Source: Oculina patagonica (Eukaryota). Taken from it: a stretch of DNA of 64,000 nucleotides. The stretch covers positions 33,666,001 to 33,730,000 of the forward strand of contig NC_135761.1 in NCBI RefSeq assembly GCF_052425735.1, read 5' to 3'. Shown piece by piece: positions 35,047 through 45,700 of the stretch. Below the pieces are notes generated by a model that saw nothing but the letters and a program-made list of their open reading frames with translations, made no database searches and was not told the DNA's origin. A program made the translations under genes and the position numbers. Positions within the stretch are counted from its first letter, which is position 1; the number at the start of each line of letters is the position of its first letter.

Positions 35047-35748
35047 ATGTCTGCTTTCGTTAGCGACAACATGTCTCAATTTAAATGCCCAAGCAGTATT
35101 ATTATAGCTGGCCCTAGTCAGTGCGGAAAAACGACATTTACGAGACAATTACTACAACAGGCGGATTCTTTATTTGAACGCCCCATTCGTAAAATCGTAT
35201 ATTGTTACGGACAGTGGCAGGAATGTTTTAAAGACATGACCTCACAAGTAACATTTGTTGATGGTATTCCCGAAGATATTCCCAGTATGTTTCCACCCAG
35301 TTACCGTCCAGGAATTCTTGTACTGGACGATCTTATGAGGAACTGTAGCGATGACGAACGCATCGTTGATCTGTTTACTAAAGTTTCCCATCATTGTGAT
35401 GTGACCTGCATCTATTTGACCCAGAACCTCTTTCCACCTGGAAAGTTTTCTAGGAGTATCTCTTTGAATGCCCATTATATTATTGCTTTTAATAACCCTC
35501 GCGATACCTTGGGTTTTCGAACATTGGCTCAACAAGCATTTGCAGGAAAAGTTCCTTACGTATTGGAAAGTTTTGAAGATGCCACATCCAACCCGTTTGG
35601 TTATCTCGTTATGGACTTACATCCTCGAACACCAAACATTCAACGACTACGAACAAAAATATTACCGACGACCCATTCTTATCCCATGGTTTACGTAGAC
35701 AAGAAAATGCATAAAACTGATGAACCCCTGCCTGTTGATATCAGTTGA
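35047..35748 (+). CDS. ATP: A32/FtsK-like genome-packaging ATPase, intact
   Basis: Walker A GPSQCGKT, Walker B LVLDD, TQNLF...SRSISLNAHY...NPRD. Confidence 0.93.
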   Translation: MSAFVSDNMSQFKCPSSIIIAGPSQCGKTTFTRQLLQQADSLFERPIRKIVYCYGQWQECFKDMTSQVTFVDGIPEDIPSMFPPSYRPGILVLDDLMRNCSDDERIVDLFTKVSHHCDVTCIYLTQNLFPPGKFSRSISLNAHYIIAFNNPRDTLGFRTLAQQAFAGKVPYVLESFEDATSNPFGYLVMDLHPRTPNIQRLRTKILPTTHSYPMVYVDKKMHKTDEPLPVDIS

Positions 35749-35752
35749 AATC

Positions 35753-36217
35753 ATGACTTCGAACAAAACACATTGCAAAGCCAAACGTCCAAGAAAGACT
35801 CAACGTGGTGGTAATATGGTCTTGCGCTCAGGTACGACCACTCAATTGCAGCGGGCAGCTAAAAAGCGTCATAGAATTTCCAAACATTCAAAGGTGAAGC
35901 AACATTTACCGTTCCTTTGTACCTGTTTTAAAAGCAATGGAAAACAAAGAAAAGACATGATTGCGCACGCAAACAAAGGACAGATGGAAGCTATTGGTGA
36001 GATCGCACTAAATCTCCTTAAAGGAAACATTGTGGTACCTAATTCATCATTTAAACGGTTGAAGCCTCACAAGTCAAAGCTCCTTTATCTCACTCGTAAA
36101 ACACCAAGTCTCAAACAGAAAAAGGGTGTGCTTAATCAGAAGGGAGGATTTTTACCGGCTCTCGCAACATTGATTGCTCCTCTTGCTGTGGATTTGTTGG
36201 GTAAAGTTTTCAAATGA
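35753..36217 (+). CDS. Basic core protein with protease sites and a C-terminal amphipathic helix
   Basis: K/R-rich, with TQRGG and NQKGG|FLPALATLIAPLAVDLLGKVFK; EIALNLLKGNI is a motif seen in Polinton core proteins. Confidence 0.75.
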   Translation: MTSNKTHCKAKRPRKTQRGGNMVLRSGTTTQLQRAAKKRHRISKHSKVKQHLPFLCTCFKSNGKQRKDMIAHANKGQMEAIGEIALNLLKGNIVVPNSSFKRLKPHKSKLLYLTRKTPSLKQKKGVLNQKGGFLPALATLIAPLAVDLLGKVFK

Positions 36218-36768
36218 AGCACGCTCAGAAGATGTTGATGGTTCCTGAACATTTATTGCAAAGTATGGAAACAGAACATCGATTAACGGCTCCTCCACAA
36301 CTCACAACTTTAACAAGGCTAGATCAAGACATGAAACAAATCATGGAGTCCTCTTTACCGGAAGATCACAAAGTAATGTTGTTGGATCAACTTCTGCAAA
36401 GGTATCAGGGATTAACGAAACAGATGAAAAGTGAAGCAAACGTAAAACCTACAGTGGTTCTACCAAAAACAGATCCGCAGCCTCCAACAGATACAACTCC
36501 TGGTGTAAACAATCGTGCCTCCACACCTAAAGTTAAGACTACAAGAGAAACACCAAGACAACTTCCACCCACACCCGCGACTACTAAACAATCGAAAATT
36601 CCTGTCAGAATGGAAACACCCCTCAACGCATTGTCTGAAGAATCGGCGTACGCGATAATGATGGAAACACCCCCAGATTCCAAACGCAAATCTGTGAAAC
36701 GGCTTAAAAAACCAAAAACGCCTTTAGTGGCAAGGTTACGCAGCAATAGACAATGGGAACCTTACTAA
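36214..36768 (+). CDS. Polinton conserved hypothetical protein, 184 aa, P/T-rich C-terminal half
   Basis: ATGA overlap with the previous gene; helical LTRLDQDMKQIM...K..L..Q.LQRY; ends QWEPY. Confidence 0.7.
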   Translation: MKHAQKMLMVPEHLLQSMETEHRLTAPPQLTTLTRLDQDMKQIMESSLPEDHKVMLLDQLLQRYQGLTKQMKSEANVKPTVVLPKTDPQPPTDTTPGVNNRASTPKVKTTRETPRQLPPTPATTKQSKIPVRMETPLNALSEESAYAIMMETPPDSKRKSVKRLKKPKTPLVARLRSNRQWEPY

Positions 36769-36852
36769 ACCAGGAAAACCGGTTTTTATTTGCCGACTCT
36801 ATATATATATATACACAACGACTGTACGCTCATTTTCATTTTGCTTTACACG

Positions 36853-37239
36853 ATGGTGCCAAATATTGCAAACGATACTTGCTACGAGTGTGATTGTATC
36901 GAAAAGATGAAGCATGCTTACTGGAATTCGCTAGCGTATTTGGTGTACGCTGAACTTGAAAAACAAGAACCCGGTGTTATTCAAGACAATCAAAAACTGA
37001 TGACATGTCTACGCGAATCAGTGGATAATAGGAAACCAATTGCATACTGGCTCTGGCAGGATCTACTAGACATATTGGAGTTCACTGCTCCTGAAAATCA
37101 AGACTGGATCGATGACACTTCTCCAGAGGAACAAGAGGATGCCATCATTAAAGCCATCATAAATCCGGACGAGTTTGGCAAAACCTGTTGGTACTGGTTA
37201 GATCTGATTGTTAATGGAATTGACGAAGTTGACCGGTAA
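36853..37239 (+). CDS. Acidic accessory ORF, 128 aa, unknown
   Basis: Has its own TATA at about 36800 and AACCGGTT at 36777 upstream. CYECDC near the N-terminus. Confidence 0.6.
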   Translation: MVPNIANDTCYECDCIEKMKHAYWNSLAYLVYAELEKQEPGVIQDNQKLMTCLRESVDNRKPIAYWLWQDLLDILEFTAPENQDWIDDTSPEEQEDAIIKAIINPDEFGKTCWYWLDLIVNGIDEVDR

Positions 37240-37305
37240 AACCTGTTTAGCTCCATAAAAACTATATAAAGAATTTGTGTTTCCACTCTCAAGTCATACT
37301 TCAAG

Positions 37306-37773
37306 ATGAGTTATTCACAGTGTGGACTTTGCCTTAAAGATCTTGAATTGATCAAGCCTGCCTCAGGTATACCTTACATTCGATGTATAGACTGGAAGTT
37401 GTGTCCTTTCTTTTGCCGTGAAGAAGACGTGCACGCTTATCAACAATGTATCAGAGATCGCGTAATACCAGAATACATTGCATTTGAAGGTGGGCAGTTG
37501 CCTTACTGCAGACACATGGATGTTGCGACATTAAGAGTATCAAGGTCACAGAGCAATCCTTTCAGACCCTATTTCACCTGCAGGAGGAGTAAAGAAATGT
37601 GTAGATTCTTTCAGTGGGCAGATGAAACACCGATTGACGATGAACGTAAAATACCGTCACCAACGTACTGCCCTGAGGAAAACAAGCCATCAAAAGGAGT
37701 GAAAACCAAGTACACGCCACGACCCAAGCTACAAAGACAATTTGCCGTATCAGAAAAGTTGGCTCATTGTTGA
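37306..37773 (+). CDS. GRF-type zinc finger protein, 155 aa
   Basis: CRH...LRVSRSQSNPFRPYFTC.....CRFFQWAD matches zf-GRF, with an additional N-terminal CxxC...CxxxxxC. TATA at about 37263 and AATAAA at about 37878. Confidence 0.85.
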   Translation: MSYSQCGLCLKDLELIKPASGIPYIRCIDWKLCPFFCREEDVHAYQQCIRDRVIPEYIAFEGGQLPYCRHMDVATLRVSRSQSNPFRPYFTCRRSKEMCRFFQWADETPIDDERKIPSPTYCPEENKPSKGVKTKYTPRPKLQRQFAVSEKLAHC

Positions 37774-37941
37774 CTCATTGAACATTTATTATTGTATTAG
37801 CAACATCACTGAACAATTAATATTTATTCATATTTAATCATATTCATGTTTGAGGTTGTACACTTTTTCTATACTCAATAAATGTTTTTTTACTTACTTT
37901 AAAAGATTGTGTGGATTTTAATTCGCCATTTTGAATAAATT

Positions 37942-38212
37942 TTTATCCAGCCTGAAAACCGGTTTGACCAGCTACCAAACAAGATACATGCGCCATTTTG
38001 AATAATCAAATCCAACCGGAATTAAAACTGGTTTGACTTGTTTGACGGTACTCCCTGATTGGTTGTTTTACAAGTCTTTGTTCTCCTTCTATATAACTGC
38101 GTCACTACCCGGCTGGTTGGGTGGTTCAATAACTCTATAACAACACCAACATCTCTCCTAAAAACTCATGTAATATTCAACAATAAATACTCAACACAAT
38201 ACCCTGCATAAT
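37942..38212 (-). repeat. Polinton right TIR, inner part
   Basis: Reverse complement of 20418-20688. Confidence 0.95.
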
Positions 38213-41200
38213 CTGCCTCGTCCCCAGGCGCTGATTGGCCGGACGTTGAGGCGGTAAGGCGGGAAAACAGGGAGCGCGGGGATTGATGGTTAGGGAGCGA
38301 GCCGCGGAGCGCCTGGCAGATCTTGCATTCAATATGGCGGACCAAAATGTCATCAACTCTGAAATGTGTAATAAAAACAGCAAAAGAGCCGTCTATTTAG
38401 CATTTTTACAGCACAGAGCGCCTTGGACACATCTTTTATGAAAAATATTCTTATTAAGACGACGGAATTCACCACCATTTTCGCACGCTTCATGTCCCAG
38501 CTCAGCTTGAGAAGAGCCAGGAGGAGCGTACGAGGCACTCTGTGAAGTTAAAAAAGCTTTAAATCCTTTACGGCAAAGAGACGTTGAAATGTCTAATGAC
38601 ATTTTCCGAACTCCAAGAGAGACAGGTACTCATTTCCGTTTATCAAAGTTGTCTTGTAAATCCGAGTGTAAATGACAAGAAAATTAGTTATCCTTTCCAT
38701 TATTGTTTTGTGTAGAATTTTTTTCGTAGAGCCCGAGAGTTAGTTGCCTTTTAGTTATTCCATGGACGCTCATTTAAGCCAGACGCGACAAAGATAATGC
38801 AACAACAGTATGAATCCATCGATACAAATAACAATTCATCTGTCTTTGGGATGTCATTTCTACTATCTCTGGTTTACTTCAATAAAATGTTAATTATCTG
38901 CTTATCAGTAATCAAGCACAACCTTTGATAGTTGCTTTATTAATTGAAAATAAAATTACATTAAAAATGTTTGATATCATAACTGTAATTTTTTTCAATG
39001 CAATTTTTTTATTGATTGCCAGTAGGTGACTTTTTTCCCATTAAACCACAATTTATTAAGGATAAATACACATTTTTTTGTTAAGCATTGTGGCAGTGAG
39101 TGTGCCATTTATGCTGTGAATGCAACTGAAAAACTAAATTGTTTGGAATGTACCCTATGCCATGCCATGCAGGCTTTTAATTTGGGGGCAGGTGCAGAGA
39201 GCATTTCTGATGAATGTGACACTGTTTTCATGAAGTTTTTAGAATGGTTCATGTGCGGTATATGATTTAAGATCATCTTGAAATCTTGCTTTGTAAAAAT
39301 GGAAAGATAATTTTTCTCATAAATATTTATGTATTAATATGCAAGGCTAGCATCTTTGGACATCCAAGGCCCACCATCATTCTATTCTAAATAATTCTAG
39401 TAACAAACCCCTCTTAATTTTTTATCACTCTCCTGTAATTCTTTACAAATTTAAAATAGTACATGTATTTGTAAAATTCTTTACTTTTTTAGCCACTGAA
39501 AAGAAATGTTTACTTTGTGCTTGCAAATTTGGTGTCTAAAGGCCTTTGTTATGCTCCCACTGACTTGATATTAACTAATTACAAAAGGAGCTGGGGTGAA
39601 CTGTACATGGAGGGTTGAAGAGGGTAGTAAATCACTTTAGAAAATCAATCAAGTTAATTTTCAGGAGAAGGGTAACTATTATGTCTAGATCATAATCAGA
39701 TGAAGGGCACCACCAAGGAAATTGTCGTACAAACAGTAATTCTCAGATTATCTCATGCACAACTTATTTAAATTCACAGTAGGTTAAGGCCATGCAGGTA
39801 AAACCCTCCTGGCTAGATAACCTTTGCAAATTGAAGGGAAATGTCTGAATGGTTTTGCAAAATCAGTACTACTAAAAATATTTTTAAAAATGTAAAAAGG
39901 TATCTTTTTCTCTTACAACAGCTGTTGTCATGGGTATAAAGCAGCAGGGTAGGCAAAGCATACATTCAACATTTAAAGTGTTTTAATTGTTTTCCAAGAC
40001 TGCTAGAGGCAGTGGGCTATTAGCAGACTGGGGAAAAAGTGGCAACTCCAGGTTTGCCGGTTTATTTATTTTAATCAAATTGAATATGGTTAGCCAGGAG
40101 TTGCCATGTTCACATGAAATGCAGTTAAGAGTCAGTAACAAACCCTTTGATGTAAAATTGCCTGGCATCTCAATTTATTTTCCTACACTATCTCAGCCAT
40201 AAAATCTTGGGCCGGCAAAAATGATTCAAGTTTTGCTGTCTGTCATAGTCCAGTGTTTTGTTACCCTTAGGAATAAAGTTTTGCCACACATTCTCTAAAA
40301 ACACCTACTAAAAAACTCTCCCTGTGACACTACAACTAGAAAAAACTATATTTTTTTTGTTACAAGTTTGGCAAAGTCTTATCCTGCTTAAATCCTCCAA
40401 AAGAGTGACCAAAACCTTATTTCTCCTTACAGTATCAATGCATTATCAAGCAGTACAGTGACGAGAAACACACAAATTAATCAGCGGAGAGTAATTTCGA
40501 TATTAACACTTGAATCAGTAAAAAGAAATTTTGAGTAGGATCTGCCTCCTCTGGTCACTAACACATTAAGTGCTGAAATAAACAGAGCTACGCAAAGTTG
40601 AAATTTCAATAATTGTACTTTCTGTCAAGAAAGGTAAATTATGAGGTTAACCTAGCTAGAATAAAATATCAGCACACATTATAATTGTTTATGTGTCATG
40701 TTCTCATAAGATCTCCTACGTTGGACAACATTAATTTGATAAAACACTTGTTAGCACTTGAACGGCTCTCTCTGGAGCGCTGCTTATAGACTTTATAGCT
40801 GAAGTTTAACGGCCAAGAGGTACAAATAAAAGTATACCGAAATGTAAGGAAGCTAAGCACTGCTCAGAAACGAAACAAACCAGCTCTGGCATCGATTGAA
40901 GCGAAACTTACCCTCAGTTCGAAGCTTATAAAGAAATTTAATTTTCTAACGACGGCAGAGATTCTTAGTTTAGTTTAGTTTAGTTTTTTTTTTAGTTTTT
41001 TTTTTTTTATTTTTTTTTTTTTTTTTTTTTTTTTTAGATTCTTCTTAGTTTATTGCAAACAAAAAAGAAAAAAAAAAACAGCTACATACATGTACAATGT
41101 GTCTGAGCTTTAAAAACAATACGGTACTTATTTACAGTGCTTGTTTATGTTAATTCTTTATCAGCTAAAATTCTTGTCCTTTCAACCATTATTTACAGAT

Positions 41201-42106
41201 GCAAAAGCTATACATTTAAGAAGAATAAGTAGACAAAACAGAAAAAGCGAGGTAAACAAAAAAGCTTCGTGACGAGTACAAAGACTAATTACGGACAAAA
41301 GGAAGCAGAAAGAAAATAATAAAATAAAATAAATAGATAAAATAAAGTGCCTTACAAAATTTCACCTAAAAAAAAGCCTTAGAGTTGAATTTGAGACTTT
41401 GAGCTGCTTTTTTCGATAGATATTTTATCTTTTAGAAGGGCTAGGAAGGTTTCGAAGTGGTAGTGTTGTTCATCTCTCGAAGCAGTGTAGATATAATATT
41501 TAGCAATGAGTACACAGAGGTTTAAGCCAAGTCGTAAAGGAAAGTTAGTTGTGAAACCATAGATAATGTTTTTCTCGTGTAGCTCAATGGAATCGTCATT
41601 TTTGACGTTCCACCACGTAGCATTACCCTCCGCCATTGACGATCTTCTCGCAATCAAAGTGGGATTTTCTCTGTTCAATCTTCTGCTCAGATTTCATACC
41701 ATTTCTCCGGATAAATCGCTGATTTTGAGCTAGATTTCCCGCCAACATTAGATTAAAGCAAGGGGACCCCCGCTCTGCTGAAACCAGCCTCAGTGAATGC
41801 TGAAAAGAATCGGCTCGATAGAGCAACGAAAACGATCCGAAAGGCCGTCAAAATCCCCATGTTGACAGTACTAACTTCCACGTAGCTCCCAGTGTTGATT
41901 TCTTGACCGTTAAACTTGTTAAAAGCGCTAAAACGCCTTTTGACGAGAAACCGAACATTTTTGCCAAGAAACTGAACAGGATCTGCCAGGCGTCCGCTTC
42001 CCCGTCCGCATCAGGCCCAGAACGCCAAGCGAACCGTGCACGTCAGTCCCACAACACCAAGCGAACCGTGCACGACCAAGGACGAGGACGCCTGGGGACG
42101 AGGCAG
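38213..42106. mobile_element. Non-autonomous DNA transposon (18-bp TIR, 9-bp TSD) inserted in the Polinton right TIR
   Basis: CTGCCTCGTCCCCAGGCG...CGCCTGGGGACGAGGCAG, with TSD CTGCATAAT at 38204-38212 and 42107-42115. A 9-bp TSD fits AcademH or Mutator; the family is not resolved. Confidence 0.92.
40965..41622 (-). mobile_element. 5'-truncated L1/Tx1-clade LINE 3' end
   Basis: NIIYG...LNLCVLIAKYYIY...L..KI.IEK is typical of the Tx1/L1 ORF2 C-terminus. Poly(A)/(AAACT)n tail at about 40965-41036. No clear TSD. Confidence 0.75.
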
Positions 42107-42115
42107 CTGCATAAT

Positions 42116-42290
42116 GACTCGTATCTCATTGAATTTGTCCATAAACCAACGTGACACGCATCTCATTAAACCAGCTCCTATACCTGCGTGACACGTATCT
42201 CATTAAACCGGTTCTGGATATACAGAGCTCATTAACTCAGGCCTGTTGAATTCATGAATAAATTGGTCTACCCATTCCCGGTAAACTACT
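42116..42290 (-). repeat. Polinton right TIR, outer part
   Basis: Reverse complement of 20243-20417, ending GTAAACTACT. Confidence 0.95.
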
Positions 42291-43097
42291 GTATCCATTA
42301 TAATAATTAAGTTGGTAACCCGACCTTGGCCTTAAAAAATTATATAATGCTAGAAATGTTTTATAGTCTGGCAATCCAGTGTAAAATCTGATGTCATTGT
42401 CCGAAAGCATGAACCTGTTTACAACAAATCTCTCGATTTTTCTTTGTTCCTCAAGCGACTTTATTTGTTTCAGTAGTTAACTGATTTCATGCTTGGACAA
42501 ACAATCTCCTTTCGCATCTAAGCCTTGCTGCACCATTGAGTCGTTGTCATCTGTTTTGCTCTTAAGTGGGAAATTCTCAGCCTTTTCTGTAACGGTCTGG
42601 TTATTCTTGTCAGTGTCCTGCTGAACTACTACCTCGTCAAGACCTGATTTGCCATTCGGTGGAATATTCTCGGCGTTTACTGGAAAGGTGGCACTGTTAG
42701 CGCTAACAATTCTCACTGTTGAGGTTGATTTTTTCTTGTCCTCGGCGGTGGGATTTGATTTATCCTGCAGCAAACTTGAAATATCCACCGGCCACACAAT
42801 CTCTCCACTTTTTAGGTCCCTCCTCGGAAAAATTGAGGGTATATTGTTTGATCCATATTTGTGTCCTCCGGGAAAATGCGCACTACATACGCGGTCACTT
42901 GATTTCCACCTGTAATTCTTTCGTCTTAAACTCAGTGCACTTATCCATTTTCGCCTTAATGCTTCCTCTTTTGGAAAAGTATAATATTTCAGAGTCTTAA
43001 CTTTCCAACTTTTATGACCGCAGGCTGCAACTGCACAGCTACAGGGCGTCACAAACTATCAGAGCTTGCTTCTGTAGACTCGCAGGTTGAACGCCAT
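42291..43097 (-). pseudogene. 5' half of the ISL2EU transposase (THAP domain)
   Basis: THAP motif CAVAAC...FPKEEALRRKWI...RVCSAHF...PSIF, then DNDIRFYTGLPDY. Joins in frame across the Polinton (NYYNGY|TYVTKHPSY). Internal stops. Confidence 0.88.
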
Positions 43098-43936
43098 ATT
43101 GCTTGTTTAGGTATGATAATTTGGTACATTTACCTATAATGCATTGCATGGCGCCATCTTTTTTCTTACAGAGGATTGAGTGATGTTGAGCAACATCCTG
43201 GATTTTGTCTTGATCCGATTCTGGCAGCTAAAGATCCTCTAAGCTTCTGCATTGCCAACCATGACACACAGGCACAAGCACATAAGTTTGAACATGGCTG
43301 TAACAAAATAGTTGAGTAACGTAACTTACGTGGAATGACAAATTGATAGCACTTCATGTTTCTGACTTTGGTATCGAAAGACGCAAGCATAAACGCTATT
43401 ATCAATGCGCTAAAAGCTTAATACTTAAGGTTTGCCATTAACTGTCCACTTACCAGGAAAAATGGTTTGATTCACTTGCATATGGCCACCAAATATGCGT
43501 TTCATCAGTTCCAGGGGTGTGAAGTAGTGCCAAAATGAGGCTGTCACAAAAGCTTCACTGGAGAACATGGAACATTGCAAAATCATGAGGTATGAAGTAT
43601 TGTTGGTAGATAACACCTGTGCATTCAAACACGTTAACAAGGTTGGGGCTCTCAGATGAAAAATCTATCATGACAATTTCAAGCAAAGGTAATAAATGTT
43701 CTCAAAATCACAGAAAGATGAAAAATATGTAAGAAGTTTGAGGATGATACACTTAATATCATACTTGAAACACTAAACGTAGGTGTGACCTTATTTTGAA
43801 CAGAAAAGCAAACAGAATGTTGAAATTCTTGTTCTGCACACGTGGGCTGTTTCCGCTATTTGTGGTCAGCAGTAGTTATACCGTAATTAGATTAGAGGTC
43901 CGCCATTTTGACTTACAGAGAGTGTGGAGGCGATCG

Positions 43937-44491
43937 ATGGCTACGGAGTTTAATCGAACTGGCGTTATATTTAAGTTGTGCATCATCTGCCAAACAGGAA
44001 CAGATAATGAACTTGTAGAGAAACCTATTTCACACAAAAAACTGTTCGAAGCAATAAAGGAAATATCTTGCTATGGAGACGTGAAGTTCAGCGACAGGTG
44101 GTGTTATTTGAAAGGCTTTTCATTTGAAGAACTAGAAGAACGTGCATCATGGCACAGGACGTGTTATCAAGAAGCGAAACATTCAGGCATGATAAAAAGA
44201 GCTAAAGAAAGGTATGAAAGAGAACTGTCTGGTCCAAACGAGGCAAGGCGAAAATCTTGTGATCTGTCACTGGAAGCTAAACAGCCATTAACACGTTCAA
44301 AGCCATCACCACACAATCGAGATGTGTGCTTTGTCTGTGATGGTGAAGGAGGATATCGCCAACCACAACACACTGTCAGTACATTGTCTGCAGGAAGTTC
44401 TCTGGATGCTGCTGTGAAGAAAGAAGGAGATGAAAAGCTACATATCAAACTCTCCACTGCAGTTGACAGCAGTGTATTACCACACTACTGA
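43937..44491 (+). pseudogene. N-terminal fragment of a second Academ transposase
   Basis: LCIICQ...WHRTCY...CFVCD parallels the N-terminus of the 9415 protein. Truncated. Confidence 0.65.
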
Positions 44492-44859
44492 CACAACGCA
44501 CATTGCTAAAGTCCCATTTAAACGACTGCTGTCACACACGAAGGCCAGGAAGCAGGGAACACAAGTTTTGAGTAAAACATGAGTAATAGGAAGTCTAGTA
44601 AACAAGGGAAAATGTTTTTTTACCTGAATACCACAAGGCAACTAACAATTCAAATAAAAAAAGCGGGGTGGTTCGATTACAAATTTCATTTTCGATTTAA
44701 GTTAGCTTGAATACGAAATGACCAATGAGACAAATTATGTCTCCTACTTTTTTTCTATATTTCTGTCATTTACACATCATCGATGCTATTTATGTATTTT
44801 GTTTATATCTTCAGCAACCTTAGAAGTTTTTGCTCACCGTATCCACTCGAAGATGATCT

Positions 44860-45700
44860 TATAACCATCTTTATGAAAGAATCTCCAAACAGTGTGACAT
44901 CTTTTAAGGTGGTAAACAAAAGGGGTAAGGAAAAAGAAGTACCCGGTAGGTGTTGGGGTAACAAGAGATGCTACTGCCACATTTTGGCAACAGTTCTTCA
45001 CGTCTGCTTCTGTTGGCAACAAGGAAAAGGTGCCCTACATCTGATACGACTTTCAAAAGAGCCAATGGGAGGCCGTTGCCAGAATTTTGTTATATGACTT
45101 TAAAGTGGCTAAATACTTCCAAGTTAGCCTATCAAATGCGTTTCTTGCCACGTGCTTATTTGGGGAAGAAAGTATAAACAGTGTTGTCCTTCTTGCATTG
45201 TTTACATTATAAATAACATGAAGGAACTTTAAAACATACAAGTACTACACCAAAGAAAACATCACTCTAATCATTTCTAAATTGGCCCACTAAGAGCTTC
45301 TTCAGCGTCCAAGATACATAGCTAAGTGCTGGGCGCCAATTTTGGCTCATTTGAACGTTGAGCATACCAAAGTCCAAAAGTTATCAGGAAATTTATTGCT
45401 GCCAAAACGCTGACAACTAGGAAGCTTATCAGAGCTATAAACCGTGATCCAAGCACCCATGCGGAAAGGCATTGCTTAGATTTCCTAAAGAAATGTATTC
45501 GTTCATTGGATGGGCCTGCATTAGGCACTTTCCTAAAATTTACCACGGGCAGTGACCTAATGCCGGAAGAACGTTTGGTTGTATCATACACATCAAGCGA
45601 TGGTGTTTGACAACATTTGGAGGTGCCCAGCACCTACCAATCATTCGGTGAACTGTCCGAAGAGTTTGCCTTCTTGTTGAGGGACAAGGGAAGATTTAAC
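44860..45700 (+). pseudogene. Degenerate HECT-domain (G2E3-like) ligase remnant, probably transposon-borne
   Basis: GVTRD...FWQQF...WEAVARIL; LDFLKKCIRSLD...FLKFTTGSD...VPSTYQSF.EL.EEF. Many stops and frameshifts. Confidence 0.55.

Larger units (their letters stand above)
20243..42290 (+). mobile_element. Polinton/Maverick (adintovirus-like endogenous virus), full-length
   Basis: AGTAGT...ACTACT termini, a 6-bp GTATCC TSD (20237-20242 and 42291-42296) and 446-bp TIRs. Encodes pPolB, integrase, pentons, MCP, protease and ATPase. Confidence 0.97.
7256..43135. mobile_element. ISL2EU-type (PIF/Harbinger-related) DNA transposon, the outermost container of the nest
   Basis: Inverted ends AT|AGGTAAATGTACCAAATTA...TAATTTGGTACATTTACCT|AT give an AT TSD. 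Inverted similarity spans 7216-7299 and 43094-43178. It has two convergent genes, SAP/YqaJ-like (+) and THAP-HTH-DDE_Tnp_4 transposase (-). The exact termini are ambiguous (see findings). Confidence 0.72.

Noticed and set aside
11903-36746. Numerous antisense and alternative-frame ORFs overlapping Academ and Polinton genes
   Set aside because: They are shadow ORFs of long coding sequences, with no motifs or independent signals.
37942-38212. Polinton right end at about 38212
   Set aside because: There is no ACTACT terminus or TSD there. The TIR resumes at 42116 and ends at 42290 with GTATCC.
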